A DNA stretch of 64,000 nt from an uncultured delta proteobacterium (GTDB lineage: Bacteria; Desulfobacterota; Binatia; Binatales; Binataceae), in contig CAWEEQ010000002.1 of NCBI GenBank assembly GCA_963808235.1, forward strand, positions 32,001-96,000. Direction: 5' to 3'. The notes beneath the pieces are model-generated. The model was given only the letters and a program-made list of their open reading frames with translations. It was not told the DNA's origin and made no database searches. This document shows, in pieces, positions 29,547 through 40,319 of the stretch. Made by a program: the position numbers and the translations under genes. Within the stretch, counting starts at the first letter, position 1; each line of letters opens with the position of its first letter.

Positions 29547-30437
29547 TTACGACGGCGCGCGTTTGCTCTTGTCCGGGAATGCGCCCAGCTCTACTGCCTT
29601 TGCGAAGATTTCGCCGATCGGTGCATCGGGCGGCTCGGGGAAATCGCCGGCGGCGCGCGGCCATGCGATCGGCGTAACCGGGCTGTCGATCGCCTCGCCA
29701 ATCTTGATTCGGTAGCGCTCGACGGAGTCATGGGGGAACGCGGTTTTCCGTGTCGATCCATCGCGGAAGAAGATCATCGTATGCACGCGCCGGGTGCTCG
29801 CGCCGGTATTCGGCTTCGCCATATGCACGGTAAGTCCATGATGGAACGCAACGGCGCCGCGCGGCACTTCGACCCAAACCGGCGGCGTGTCTTTGATCTC
29901 GGGCCGCTTCAAAATTTCGACCGCGTCCTCGGGCCTGAAGATGTTCACGAATTCCCGCAGGCCAACTGCGTGCGAGCCCGGCACATAGCCCATGCATCCG
30001 GTCGCGAGCGATGAGCCGTCGAACGGAATCCACGCCGTGATCGTGTCGGTTTCATTCATCGGCCAGTACGGCTGATCCTGATGCGGATCCGTCAGCCGGC
30101 CGCCTGCTTCCTTGTAGAGCGCCTGATCGTGCCATAAACGAATCGCATCGACGCCGAGCAGACGCGCAGCCGTCTCGCATACGATCGGATGAAACGTGAG
30201 CGGCATGACTGCCGGCGAGTCTTCCCACAGATTGATGCACTGGATGAATGACTGCTCGTAGGGCGTCTTCTCGCCGAGTTTGCGCGTGTCGAAACGCTTG
30301 CGCCGCGCGACCGCTTCGTCGACGGCCGCTCCGTACCGATCAAGTTCGTCGCCCGTGAGCAGGTCGGGCACCATCACGAACCCGTTGCGCCGAAACTCTT
30401 CGGCATATGGCGCAATTTTCTTGACGAGATTAGTCAC
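29547..30437 (-). CDS. PhyH family Fe(II)/2-oxoglutarate dioxygenase
   Basis: HQDQPYW, GCMGYVPGSH, FHHGLTVHMA. Confidence 0.9.
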   Translation of the reverse strand: MTNLVKKIAPYAEEFRRNGFVMVPDLLTGDELDRYGAAVDEAVARRKRFDTRKLGEKTPYEQSFIQCINLWEDSPAVMPLTFHPIVCETAARLLGVDAIRLWHDQALYKEAGGRLTDPHQDQPYWPMNETDTITAWIPFDGSSLATGCMGYVPGSHAVGLREFVNIFRPEDAVEILKRPEIKDTPPVWVEVPRGAVAFHHGLTVHMAKPNTGASTRRVHTMIFFRDGSTRKTAFPHDSVERYRIKIGEAIDSPVTPIAWPRAAGDFPEPPDAPIGEIFAKAVELGAFPDKSKRAPS

Positions 30438-30482
30438 TATTCAACTGCCTTCTTATATCACGGCGCGGCTAGCGGGCAATTC

Positions 30483-30926
30483 TCAAAAGTCGGCGCGAAA
30501 GTTGACTCGATCGGCGCCCGCGTAGGATAGCCGGCTGGGCCTGACCCGCATCATCTTGAGCGTCGGATACTTGAAGAACGGCGCCTCGAAGGGACACTTC
30601 TTCAGCATCACGTCCTTCATCGGTTCCCACTCCGGCCCGTCGCGCGCAACCTCACTCGCGACTCCCTGGATCAGCACCCGCGAAATCTCAAACGTTTCAA
30701 TCTTGCCCTGTTCGCGAGCGTCCACGTAAACCGTGACATACGGATGTTTCAGCAGGTTCTGCAACTTCTCCGAGCTGTCATTCATTATGAAGATCAAATC
30801 CAGCTCCGCCGTTTCCGCAAACGCCTGCATCGTCGCCGTGGGCCACTGCTCGCCCTGAGTCACAAGGATTGCGACTTTTTCTGCCGCCAGCAGCGTCGCG
30901 AGCTTCTCTTTCTGTTCAGCTTCCAC
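30483..30926 (-). CDS. Pyridoxamine 5'-phosphate oxidase-like split-barrel protein
   Basis: SEKLQNLLKHPYVTV, VLIQGVA, MRVRP. Confidence 0.75.
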   Translation of the reverse strand: MEAEQKEKLATLLAAEKVAILVTQGEQWPTATMQAFAETAELDLIFIMNDSSEKLQNLLKHPYVTVYVDAREQGKIETFEISRVLIQGVASEVARDGPEWEPMKDVMLKKCPFEAPFFKYPTLKMMRVRPSRLSYAGADRVNFRADF

Positions 30927-31022
30927 GGGTAAGTTCCTTTGACTTTGACCTACGGTATCTTCAGTATCCCGCCTTACATGGGGCGGGCGCTTTACAATTT
31001 CAACGATCTAACCCAGTTCTGA

Positions 31023-32636
31023 ATGGACCAACAGCGAAAAGCAATCGCCGCTGCACTCGCGCTGGCGCTGCTGATCTTCAGTGCATCTCTATCGCTGGCC
31101 GCTTCAGCCCCAGGCGCGAGTTCCGACACGTCTGCCAAGTCCGATGCCCTCGAAGGAATGGCGCAAACTAAATTCGGACCCGCGCTGACCGCGGCCGAAC
31201 GAAAACTCCTGCGTGCGGCGCCGATGCGCGCGCTGGCGTGGCTCGGCCCAAGCGACGATCCCGACAATCCCGCCAACGACACCGCGCAAGCCGTGCATTG
31301 GGGACCCGAGCGCATCGTCCGCGCGGAAATAATCGTATGGCTCGCGACCGACGCCGACGCCTCGCGCGTCGTTCATCCAAGCGGCCTCGGCTTCGCCGGC
31401 GCACGCATCGCCGGCAAGCTCGATCTCTCCTACGCCACCGTCGACAAGCCGATCACGCTGGTCAAGTGCTACCTCCCCGACGGAATCGATTTGTCGTCGG
31501 CGCACCTCGAGGGTATCGAGGTCCGCCGCTCGCGCACCGGGCCTGTCGACGCCGACATGTCAGTCACCCACCGCGACTTGTCGTTTCAGCTCGGTGACTA
31601 CGGTCCGATGACTTTCATGCGCGCGAAAGTCGAAGGCTCCCTGGACCTCACCGGCGCAAGCATCATGGACGGCGGGAACGACACGGTAAACCTGGTCGAG
31701 GCGAATATCGGCGGCGACGTGCTCTTCCAGGAGCACTTTACGACCAACGGCACCGTCGACGCGCGCCTTGCGAAAATCGGCCACGACCTGAGCTTCCACG
31801 ACGTGGTCTTTGAGGGCGACGGCGGTCTGAATGCTGAGCGCGCGACAATCGCCGGGACGTTTTACTGGGTCGAAGTGAAGCACACGGCGAAGACGACGCT
31901 CGACCTCGAAAACACGCGCGCCGGTGCAATCTGGGACGAAGAGGGGAGCTGGCCGGCGCCCGGAAATCTAATCGTGAGCGGATTCGTGTATGGCGAGATT
32001 GCAGGAGGTCCCGGCGAAGCGCCCGCGCGTCTCCGATGGCTGGCGCTGCAAACGCCGGGCTATCGCCCGCAGCCGTTTCGCCAGTTGGCGAAAGTCCTCG
32101 CTGAGGCCGGCCGCGAGGAAGGCGCGACCGAAGTTCGAATCGCAAAGGAAATCGCACTTCGACGGTATGGTCATTTGACCGCCTTTCAGCGCGCCTGGAA
32201 CCTGATGCTCGAAGTAACCATCGGCTTTGGCTACCGCCCGCTGCTGGCACTCTGGTGGATCGCAGGATTCGTCCTCGTCGGCACTGTTTTGTTCGGATGG
32301 GGCTACCACCAGCGCATCATCACGCCCACCGAGGAGGCCGCCTACCGCGAGTTCGTCGCTAGTGGAGAAGCGCCCCCGCACTATCCGGTCTTTAATCCGT
32401 TGATATATTCGCTCGAAAATTTTCTGCCCGTGGTCGAGTTGCATCAGGACAAATACTGGCGGCCCAATCCGCGCCACGCAGCGCGCGGCCGAGTAAGGCG
32501 CGGCGCGGATCCGCTCGATTCGAAAACCCTGCCGAGCCGGTTCCTTCGATGCTACCTATGGGTGCACATCCTGGCCGGATGGACGATCACCCCGCTCCTG
32601 TTCGCCGGCCTATCCGGCCTAGTCCGCCCCGACTGA
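31023..32636 (+). CDS. Beta-helix/pentapeptide-like membrane protein with C-terminal channel-like TM module
   Basis: GARIAGKLDL repeats, PQPFRQLA, GFGYRP, YSLENFLP. Confidence 0.7.
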   Translation: MDQQRKAIAAALALALLIFSASLSLAASAPGASSDTSAKSDALEGMAQTKFGPALTAAERKLLRAAPMRALAWLGPSDDPDNPANDTAQAVHWGPERIVRAEIIVWLATDADASRVVHPSGLGFAGARIAGKLDLSYATVDKPITLVKCYLPDGIDLSSAHLEGIEVRRSRTGPVDADMSVTHRDLSFQLGDYGPMTFMRAKVEGSLDLTGASIMDGGNDTVNLVEANIGGDVLFQEHFTTNGTVDARLAKIGHDLSFHDVVFEGDGGLNAERATIAGTFYWVEVKHTAKTTLDLENTRAGAIWDEEGSWPAPGNLIVSGFVYGEIAGGPGEAPARLRWLALQTPGYRPQPFRQLAKVLAEAGREEGATEVRIAKEIALRRYGHLTAFQRAWNLMLEVTIGFGYRPLLALWWIAGFVLVGTVLFGWGYHQRIITPTEEAAYREFVASGEAPPHYPVFNPLIYSLENFLPVVELHQDKYWRPNPRHAARGRVRRGADPLDSKTLPSRFLRCYLWVHILAGWTITPLLFAGLSGLVRPD

Positions 32637-32697
32637 CTGAATCGTCCGACGCGAACTGCGCGAACTGTTCCCCGCACGACCGGTTCCCACACGACCG

Positions 32698-32737
32698 GTT
32701 CCCCTTCCCACTATGGGAAGGGGTTAGGGGTTAGGTT
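32698..32737 (+). repeat. REP-like palindromic repeat, copy 1
   Basis: gttCCCCTTCCC-n-GGGAAGGGGttaggggttaggtt; second copy at 36297-36335. Confidence 0.85.
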
Positions 32738-32837
32738 TTGGGAAATATCGACCTGAATGTAAGAGGCTGCGTTCGCGTGCTCCGGCGCCGACCTCTCCCG
32801 CAAAATGGCGGGAGAGGTCACTCGCGCGATGTCACCT

Positions 32838-33287
32838 CTAGTCAGCGTCGCCGCCGTTCTGATTCACGTAGTTCACGAATTTCTGCTGAAGCTGGGGATC
32901 ATTCTGAACCATCTGGATGACCTGGTTGTATTGCTGAGGATCCAGACCTTCGGTCTTCACCGCGGCTATTTTCTCTGACTGCGCAGATGCCTCGTCGGGT
33001 TGCGCGCCGGCCGGGCTCGCCTGCTTCGTCTGATGCACGATCTGTTTCACCTTGACGTAGGCTTTGGCCGCCTTCTGCAGAGTCGCGTCATCTATTTGCG
33101 CGCTCTGCTGCGCGCCTGCAGCCGGTGCCGATGCCGCAGAACCGCTCTCGTTCATGGAAGCCGGTGCCGAAGCCGCAGAGCCACTGTCGCTCATAGAGCC
33201 TGGACTCTGAGCCAAAGCGCCGGAAATCGGGAAACCGACGAACACGGCGAGCGCTCCTCCGGCAAATACTGTACGGGTTAGCGTCAT
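32838..33287 (-). CDS. Secreted DUF4168-like protein
   Basis: Signal peptide, duplicated SGSAASAPA linker, GLDPQQYNQVIQMVQNDPQL. Confidence 0.75.
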   Translation of the reverse strand: MTLTRTVFAGGALAVFVGFPISGALAQSPGSMSDSGSAASAPASMNESGSAASAPAAGAQQSAQIDDATLQKAAKAYVKVKQIVHQTKQASPAGAQPDEASAQSEKIAAVKTEGLDPQQYNQVIQMVQNDPQLQQKFVNYVNQNGGDAD

Positions 33288-33356
33288 ATATCCTCTTTAC
33301 CTCACTTTTAATTTCCGCCGTGAAACCGGCGGTGAGATTGGGGAGTGACTAGATCC

Positions 33357-33373
33357 AGCAAGAGCGCTGCCAG
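33357..33373 (-). promoter_or_regulatory. Putative sigma54 promoter
   Basis: CTGGCAGCGCTCTTGCT 70 nt upstream of ATG 33287. Confidence 0.6.
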
Positions 33374-33572
33374 TCATGAAAAGCGCTTGAATTCAGTCAG
33401 TTTCGACCTGAATCAAGGCAAACTCCCGTCCTTACAGCACCGGAAGAACGTTAAAAGTTCAGACAGGCGCCGAGTCCCGGGATAAGCCCGATAATGCTGC
33501 GATTTCCCGCGAAAGAACTACCCGAATCGAACGCATCGGTACTTACGCGACTTCTCTTCCACCGACTCAAGC

Positions 33573-34277
33573 TTACTTCTTGTGAGGCCGCGCGCTGGCG
33601 CGCTCGGACACTGCGGCGGCCATTGCGGCGAAGCGCTCCTGGCCGACTGCGATGAACAGTCCCTCCGCCTCCGCCGTCAACTGCCCGTTCGCCGACAGCG
33701 TTCCGTGCGTGAAAATCTTGCGCCCCTCGACGCGATCTACGTATGCCTCGAAGACCAGCTCCGTCAGCAGCGGTGTCGGCCGTCGATAACGAATCGTGAG
33801 CGTCCCGGTCATCCCGGGATTCCCGGTCAGCGACTGCGCCATCCCGAGAACCTCGTCGAACGCGGCGGCGAGGAATCCTCCGTGCACGTGACCGGGCGGC
33901 CCCTCGTACGCAACCCCGAAAGTCGCATGACCCTCGACCTTGTTGCCGAGCACCGCGAGGCGAATTGGCGGCGCGAGCGGATTTGCAATTCCAATCAACG
34001 GGCTGTGATCGAAAAATGCGTGCGGATCGCCCGCGTTCGCGCTCTCCGCGAATCCTTCGTAGCTGCGCGATATTGGATATTTCGAGAGCCGCTTGGCATA
34101 GCGCTCTAGCGCGTCAGCAGCTGCCCTGAGGTCCTCCTCCGGCGCCGCGACTTGCACCAAATGATCGATCACCCGGCGCATCGCATTGGCCAGTCGATGC
34201 GCCTCGGCGCGGCGTCCAGTCGCCGGCGCCTGGCTGATCGCCCACGCCGCTTCGAAATTAACGTTTTGATCGCTCAT
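33573..34277 (-). CDS. PaaI family hotdog thioesterase
   Basis: NPLAPP, YEGPPGHVHGG, YRRPTPL. Confidence 0.9.
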   Translation of the reverse strand: MSDQNVNFEAAWAISQAPATGRRAEAHRLANAMRRVIDHLVQVAAPEEDLRAAADALERYAKRLSKYPISRSYEGFAESANAGDPHAFFDHSPLIGIANPLAPPIRLAVLGNKVEGHATFGVAYEGPPGHVHGGFLAAAFDEVLGMAQSLTGNPGMTGTLTIRYRRPTPLLTELVFEAYVDRVEGRKIFTHGTLSANGQLTAEAEGLFIAVGQERFAAMAAAVSERASARPHKK

Positions 34278-34414
34278 TTTTTCAGAGTCTTACCTTGCTG
34301 AGAAGTTCCGAGTCGCCCCCGATGCTAACTGCGCCATCGAACGCAATCCAGCCGCGACGAATCCCCGCCCGACGGCATTCCGTATTCATTAGTAGTATGA
34401 TCGTTAGAAGCCAG

Positions 34415-35191
34415 ATGCGTACTCGATTCGTTTCACTAATCGCGCTTATCGCCATTGCGACGTTCGGGCTCGGACTGGTTGCGATATGCGGGCGTGACGC
34501 GGGTGCGCAATCGACCCTCGAGGTTCCCGGCCCCTCGCAACAAAATCAGCCTTATACGCCGCCGCGTCAGGCGCCGCCGCCATGGCCGACTACTCCCGAG
34601 GGCTCCGACAATGGCGACACGATTCAATTGCTGCCGCCGCAATTGTTCGCACCGCAGCGGCAACCCGTCGCGCCGCCCCCATCGCCCGCGCCGCAAGCAT
34701 CTGAGCCAAGTTACGTGGCCCCGATGATTAGCCAGCCCGCACTTCCTGCGGTGTTTCGCGGATGCTGGCAGGGAGAAGTTGAGCAGCTCGACTGGATTCG
34801 AAAGGAGCCCGGCGCGCACAAGGTCGGTTTCTGGACGCCGAAGACGTACCGGCTCTGCTACAAGCGCATCGGCAACCAGCCATTCACGCTCACCTTCACC
34901 GAGACCGGCGTCGAGGCAAGCGATCGGATTATCAATCCGCGCGGCAACGTGGTGCCGGTCCGGACTGACGGACGCGCGTACGCCTCGATGCTCGCGCAGT
35001 TGCATTTCGACGAATACGGCAATGGTCGCGACTCGTACGCGCCGACCTTCGCGGTGGACGAGACCACGCATCTCGATTGCCGCATCGGCGGTGACGACAT
35101 GTTGGTCAGCGCCGACGTTTATGGCACTCGCGACGGTGCGCCGTGGTTCCGCGCTCATTGGCGCGCCGACTTCCGCCACTACGCGCGCTGA
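34415..35191 (+). CDS. Secreted Pro-rich hypothetical protein
   Basis: Signal/TM, Pro-rich linker, FRGCWQG domain. Confidence 0.65.
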   Translation: MRTRFVSLIALIAIATFGLGLVAICGRDAGAQSTLEVPGPSQQNQPYTPPRQAPPPWPTTPEGSDNGDTIQLLPPQLFAPQRQPVAPPPSPAPQASEPSYVAPMISQPALPAVFRGCWQGEVEQLDWIRKEPGAHKVGFWTPKTYRLCYKRIGNQPFTLTFTETGVEASDRIINPRGNVVPVRTDGRAYASMLAQLHFDEYGNGRDSYAPTFAVDETTHLDCRIGGDDMLVSADVYGTRDGAPWFRAHWRADFRHYAR

Positions 35192-35313
35192 CTTGCGAAT
35201 TTCCGGCTTGCACTGCCGGCGTCGCGTAACCTAAGTATCAGCTTGGCAACCGCGCGTCTTCACCGACGCCGACGCCGGGCTTCGCCGACCGCGCGACTCC
35301 TAAGGAGATTTAC

Positions 35314-36261
35314 ATGGCTAAGGCCATTCTCGATCCGCAGATGAAAATCTTGCTCGATACTTTCAACGCCGCCGGCCCGATGTTCCTGCGCGCGGAAACT
35401 CCCGAACAGGCGCGAGCCAAGATGCGGGCGCTGCTCGAGGCCAATCCTCTGCCTGTGGAACCGATCTACCGGGTCGAGGATCGTCATATCCCCACTGCGA
35501 GCGGCGAGATTCCAGTCCGCGTTTACACGCCGGAGGGAAATCCACCGATGGGCGTGCTGGTCTATTTTCATGGTGGCGGATGGGTGCTCGGCGATCTGGA
35601 GAGTCATGACCGCGTATGCCGCGCGCTGGCCAATCTCGCGGGATGCGTGGCGGTGTCGGTCGGATACCGGCTCGCACCGGAGCACGTTTTTCCCGCCGCC
35701 ACCGAGGATTGCTACGCCGCGACGCAATGGGTCTCTGAAAATGCCGCGTCGCTCGGCGCGGACCCGGCCCGGCTCGCGGTCGGTGGTGACAGCGCAGGAG
35801 GAAATCTCGCGGCGGTAGTTTCGATGATGTCGCGGGATCGCAGCGGTCCTTCGATCGTCTTCCAGTTACTCCTTTATCCGGTGACCGACGCGGCGATGGA
35901 CACACCATCGCAAAAGGAATTCGCCGCCGACGGTTACGTGCTCTCGCGCGCCGACATGGAATGGTTCTGGACCAACTACCTCGACGCGAGTACCGAGAAG
36001 ACCAATCCATACGCCTGTCCGATCCGATCGAAGAATCTCGCGGGTCTGCCAGCCGCGCTGGTCATGACCGCGAGTCACGATCCACTGCGTGACGAAGGCG
36101 AGCGATTCGCCCAGCGCCTGATAAGCTCGGGCGTCAAGGTCACCTGCACCCGCTACGAAGGCGTGACCCACGGCTTCGTAAGCTTCGCCGACGCACTAGA
36201 CAAGGGCAAAGAAGGCCAGCGCCAGGCCGCCGACGCATTGAAGGTAGCATTCGCCCGCTAG
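35314..36261 (+). CDS. HSL-family lipase/esterase
   Basis: HGGGW, GDSAGG, DPLRDEG, HGF. Confidence 0.95.
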   Translation: MAKAILDPQMKILLDTFNAAGPMFLRAETPEQARAKMRALLEANPLPVEPIYRVEDRHIPTASGEIPVRVYTPEGNPPMGVLVYFHGGGWVLGDLESHDRVCRALANLAGCVAVSVGYRLAPEHVFPAATEDCYAATQWVSENAASLGADPARLAVGGDSAGGNLAAVVSMMSRDRSGPSIVFQLLLYPVTDAAMDTPSQKEFAADGYVLSRADMEWFWTNYLDASTEKTNPYACPIRSKNLAGLPAALVMTASHDPLRDEGERFAQRLISSGVKVTCTRYEGVTHGFVSFADALDKGKEGQRQAADALKVAFAR

Positions 36262-36296
36262 CAGCCTTTCCGAGGCAGGCGAAAAAAAAGAATTTT

Positions 36297-36335
36297 GTTC
36301 CCCTTCCCTCGAGGGAAGGGGTTAGGGGTTAGGTT
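36297..36335 (+). repeat. REP-like palindromic repeat, copy 2
   Basis: Matches 32698-32737 apart from the loop. Confidence 0.85.
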
Positions 36336-36405
36336 AGCGAGACCCTTCGACCACTCACGGGACCCCGATGACTCCACCGCCAACCGTCGGCTATATTCTG
36401 CCGCG

Positions 36406-37274
36406 ATGGCAACACAACGCCCGCCTGATTCGTCCGAGGACGATCTCTCTATTTCGGAGACCGCGGGCCGCGCGCTCGAAGATCTCTACCACTACATGCT
36501 CACCGCCTCCTGGCCGGTGCTGATTGTTCTGATCACCGTTTTTTCGTTCTCGCAAATTTGCTCTTCGCGGCCGGCTACTACTGGGATGGCGGCATCGAGA
36601 ACACGCACTCCGGGTCGTTCTCCGACATGTTCTTTTTCAGCATCCAGACCATGGCGACGATCGGCTACGGCAAGATGGAGCCGATCACGCTTTTCTCCAA
36701 CATCCTGGTTTCGATCGAGGCGCTGTTCGGACTGCTCGGACTCGCGATCATGACCGGGCTGACCTTCTCGAAGTTCTCGCGGCCTACTGCACGGGTCAGA
36801 TTCACCCGCTACGCCGTGATCGGACCGCGCGACGGAAAAACCAGCCTGGCGATCCGGATGGCGAACATGCGCGCCAATCGTATCGTCGAGGCGCAGATTC
36901 ATCTCATCTTCACCCGCCAGGAGATAACTCTCGAGGGTGATTCGATCCGCCGCTTCTATGACCTGACGACGACGCGGAATCGCTCGCCGCTCTTCATGCT
37001 TTCGTGGACCGCTGTCCATGTGATCACCGAGGACAGCCCGTTTTTCGGACAGACGCGCGAGTCGTTGGCTCAAAGCGCGCCCGAGATTATCGTCTCGATC
37101 ACCGGCCTCGATCAGACCTTCTCGCAAACCGTCCACGCCCGCCATTCGTACAAGATCGGTGAAATCGTCTGGGGCGCCCGCTTCGGCGACGTGCTGAAAG
37201 TCAATCCCGACGGCACCGGCTACATCGACTTCTCCCACTTCGACGACATAGTAATGCTCCCCCCAACCCGCTGA
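36406..37274 (+). CDS. KirBac inward-rectifier K+ channel, one base missing in the T run at 36539-36544
   Basis: DLYHYMLTASW in one frame; FFFSIQTMATIGYG, FSRPTAR in the next; adding one T joins them. Confidence 0.88.
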
Positions 37275-37305
37275 CACGACCAACCCCGCGTGACAAAAGC
37301 CCAAA

Positions 37306-38274
37306 TCAGGGCACTACGGCAGGCGAAGGGGAGATCGGCACGACCCTCTGCGTCGAAATCACAAACGACCCGCCGGGCGCTGGTAGTTTGTTCGTGATCT
37401 GGTCGACCCGGTAGTAGCGGTTCTTAGCAATAAACCTCGGTATCCATGCCAGATCATCGCGGTAGAAGACGGTGTCCTCCGCGCACCGCACAATCAACCG
37501 GTTAATCTCGACGACCTCTCTGCGGCGGAGGTGTTTCATGCGATAGCCAAAATTTTCGAAGGAGAGGTCCGCGCGCTTTCTGTCAATTGTAAGGTCCGGC
37601 CTTATCCGGATTGCCAGATTGGGTGCGAGCGGCACGACGCGACTAACGATGCGCCAGTCTGCGGTTTCTTCTACCGCCACTGGAAAGTCGCTCGTAAAAA
37701 ACGAGTTGTCGTTAAATGGGTTGAGTAAAATATCCCACTTGAAATTTCCAAAGACGGCGACGTGCTGCATCACCGAATTGATGCCGACCGCTTGCGGATA
37801 TTTGGGATCGACCTCGATCTTTATGTCGCCGCTTCGCAAAAGCTCAGCCAACGACTCTCCGCCAAGTTCTTTGGGTGGCCGCGGTATTAATCCCCCTTTG
37901 TCTGCATGAACGGCCATGGTTTCCACCATGGCCCTCAGAGGTTCAGAAAAGACACGCATGCCCGTCGGCGAACACGTAATGACGTAGGCGACGAACCCCG
38001 CTATCGTGCGAATACATTCGACGTCAATCTTGCCTTCGATGAGCCTCTCAAGAGCTGGATTGTATTTCGGCTCGATTGTCCTCAAGAATTCCTCGATCGC
38101 CCGATCCTCTTTTAGATAGGCATTCGTACTGCCGTCATTGATTCTGCAGACGGATTTTGAATTCGGCGTAAACGACTTCAAGTCGCTCTTCCGCATGGCA
38201 TACATTCGGTCGCCGAGAACGGGGGAATAGAAGTTTCTGAGATATACCTGAGAGACGTAGTGGTCGAGCGGCAA
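37306..38274 (-). CDS. DUF4238-like protein
   Basis: N-terminal HYVSQVYLRNF, FFTSDFPV, PLAPN. Confidence 0.75.
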   Translation of the reverse strand: MPLDHYVSQVYLRNFYSPVLGDRMYAMRKSDLKSFTPNSKSVCRINDGSTNAYLKEDRAIEEFLRTIEPKYNPALERLIEGKIDVECIRTIAGFVAYVITCSPTGMRVFSEPLRAMVETMAVHADKGGLIPRPPKELGGESLAELLRSGDIKIEVDPKYPQAVGINSVMQHVAVFGNFKWDILLNPFNDNSFFTSDFPVAVEETADWRIVSRVVPLAPNLAIRIRPDLTIDRKRADLSFENFGYRMKHLRRREVVEINRLIVRCAEDTVFYRDDLAWIPRFIAKNRYYRVDQITNKLPAPGGSFVISTQRVVPISPSPAVVP

Positions 38275-38462
38275 CTAAGGATCTCCCGTAAACAAGATTA
38301 CGAAACGTGAACTCGACACAAGAGTTTAACCACGAACGGTCAGGCAGCAACCTGGTTACCGGGATCCCGAGATTCGTGCCGGTCTCGCCCGCGCTGGATC
38401 GGACTAGGTGCGGGGCGCAGAGCCGTTCCGGGGTCCTATGTCTGAACATAACTCAGCGCCGC

Positions 38463-38990
38463 TCACTGTCTGGTATCCTTACTGCCGGAATACACATGGA
38501 AGGCGATGCCGTCCCAGGCGTTGTGAATCCCGATGAAGAGCAACAGCAGCACTGCAGCTCCAACCCCAAATAGAGCCTCACGCGTGTAGGAGGGAATCGC
38601 GAATGCCGACCACGCCAGTATTGCGTACGCCAGCAAAGGCAGCATCGCATGAAATAACCAGTCCTCGAACTCCGGCTGATATACGGTTTGCCTCCGCATC
38701 CGTCGAGTTGTGATCGATGCGTACGCGAATCCACCGACGCCGATGAGGCCCCAAACAGATGCTGCGACGATGATCGACGGCCATGGAACCTGCACGAGTG
38801 CCGACAACAGCAACACGGTGCCGAAGTGAACGATCGTCGGCGTCGCAAATGCGGCCCCAGCATCAGCCGCCCGTGGCGAAAGCCTGCTCTGCGCAACCAG
38901 CGTCATCACCACGAACTGCAATCCGATCAGCGCCCCCGCAGCCGACCCGACGATTACATAGAAATTGTCCCATGCGACGAGCTCAGACAT
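38463..38990 (-). CDS. Hypothetical multi-pass membrane protein
   Basis: WDNFYVIVGSAAGALIGLQFV...GIHNAWD. Confidence 0.8.
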   Translation of the reverse strand: MSELVAWDNFYVIVGSAAGALIGLQFVVMTLVAQSRLSPRAADAGAAFATPTIVHFGTVLLLSALVQVPWPSIIVAASVWGLIGVGGFAYASITTRRMRRQTVYQPEFEDWLFHAMLPLLAYAILAWSAFAIPSYTREALFGVGAAVLLLLFIGIHNAWDGIAFHVYSGSKDTRQ

Positions 38991-39128
38991 ATCGTCATCT
39001 AATAATCTTTCGTGACCGCCATGCGCCAGCGATATCCAGTGGCACGGTGCGCGTCAGAGTACACCCTGCCGATCTTCACCACCCTGACGCAGCGATGCTC
39101 CTTCTTTTCCGCTCCCGACGCCCCTCGG

Positions 39129-39224
39129 GACCGAGAGCAAAAATACCGTCCGCGGGATTTTGCGATTGATCGAGATTTTGCGATTGAATTGAATAGACAC
39201 TGGGTGCAGGGGTCACCCCTGCCG
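39129..39224 (+). repeat. Dispersed repeat A, copy 1
   Basis: gagcaaaa(a)taccgtc.gcgggattttgcgattgaat...tgggtgcaggggtcacccctgccg. Confidence 0.92.
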
Positions 39225-39265
39225 GTCCGTGTTTTAGGTTCAAATGAACTAAAGGAAAACTCGAA

Positions 39266-40153
39266 ATGCGTGTCTTTCTCACCGGTGCTACAGGATTTAT
39301 CGGTTCTGCCATCATTCCCGAGCTGATCAACGCGGGCCATCGTGTCATCGGTCTTGCTCGCTCCGATGCGGGCGCGAAGGCTCTTATCGACGCGGGCGCC
39401 CAGGTGCATCGAGGCGATCTTGAAGACCTGGAAAGCCTGCGCCGCGGAGCAGCCGCCTCCGATGGGGTCATTCACTGCGCCTTTAATCACGATTTCTCGA
39501 AGTACGCGGCTAACTGTGAGGCAGACCGGCACGCCGTCGAGGCTCTCGGCTCCGTGCTCGAGGGCTCTGACCGCCCCTTGATCGTCACCTCCGGGACCGC
39601 AGTCGTCTTAGCGCCGGGCCGCCTCGCGACCGAAGAAGATGCCCCCATTTCCAGCTCCTCCGGCATCCCCCGCAGCGCATCGGAAGAGGCTGTAGCTTCG
39701 ATAGTCTCGCGAGGCGTGCGCGCGTCGGTGATGCGCCTGCCGCAAGTTCACGACCGACTCAAGCAAGGCCTCATCACCTACCTGATCGACGTAGCTCGCG
39801 AGAAGGGTGTCTCAGCGTATGTCGGCGAGGGGCGCAACCGATGGCCCGCGGCGCACGTGCTCGATACTGCCCGCCTCTACCGGCTGGCGCTAGAAAAGGG
39901 ATCTGCGGGAGCTCGGTTTCACGCGGTCGCCGAAGAGGGCGTGCCGCTTCGAGACATCGCAGAAGCAATCGGTCGCCGCCTCAACATGCCGGTAGTCTCC
40001 AAGTCCCCCGAGGAGGCAGCCGATCATTTTGGATGGCTCGGGTTCTTCGTATCTCACGACGCCCCCGCTTCAAGCGCCCTCACCCAGCAACGCCTCGGAT
40101 GGCGCCCCACGCAGCCATCCCTCCTAACCGACCTCGCCCATCTGTCATCCTGA
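39266..40153 (+). CDS. NAD-dependent epimerase/atypical SDR
   Basis: MRVFLTGATGFIG, HRGDLED, WPAAHV. Confidence 0.92.
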   Translation: MRVFLTGATGFIGSAIIPELINAGHRVIGLARSDAGAKALIDAGAQVHRGDLEDLESLRRGAAASDGVIHCAFNHDFSKYAANCEADRHAVEALGSVLEGSDRPLIVTSGTAVVLAPGRLATEEDAPISSSSGIPRSASEEAVASIVSRGVRASVMRLPQVHDRLKQGLITYLIDVAREKGVSAYVGEGRNRWPAAHVLDTARLYRLALEKGSAGARFHAVAEEGVPLRDIAEAIGRRLNMPVVSKSPEEAADHFGWLGFFVSHDAPASSALTQQRLGWRPTQPSLLTDLAHLSS

Positions 40154-40319
40154 CCGAGACTCACAATGCGAGCAGAGAGAACTGGCTTCTGGCCCCCGGA
40201 CAGCTCCGCGCCAGCGAAGCGGACACCGGTTCCAAGTCGCCGCGTCATTCTGACCGAATCGCTGCGTCGATCCTTTAGATGACCTTGGAGCTGCCACACG
40301 AACGCAAAGGAGTTCTTCT

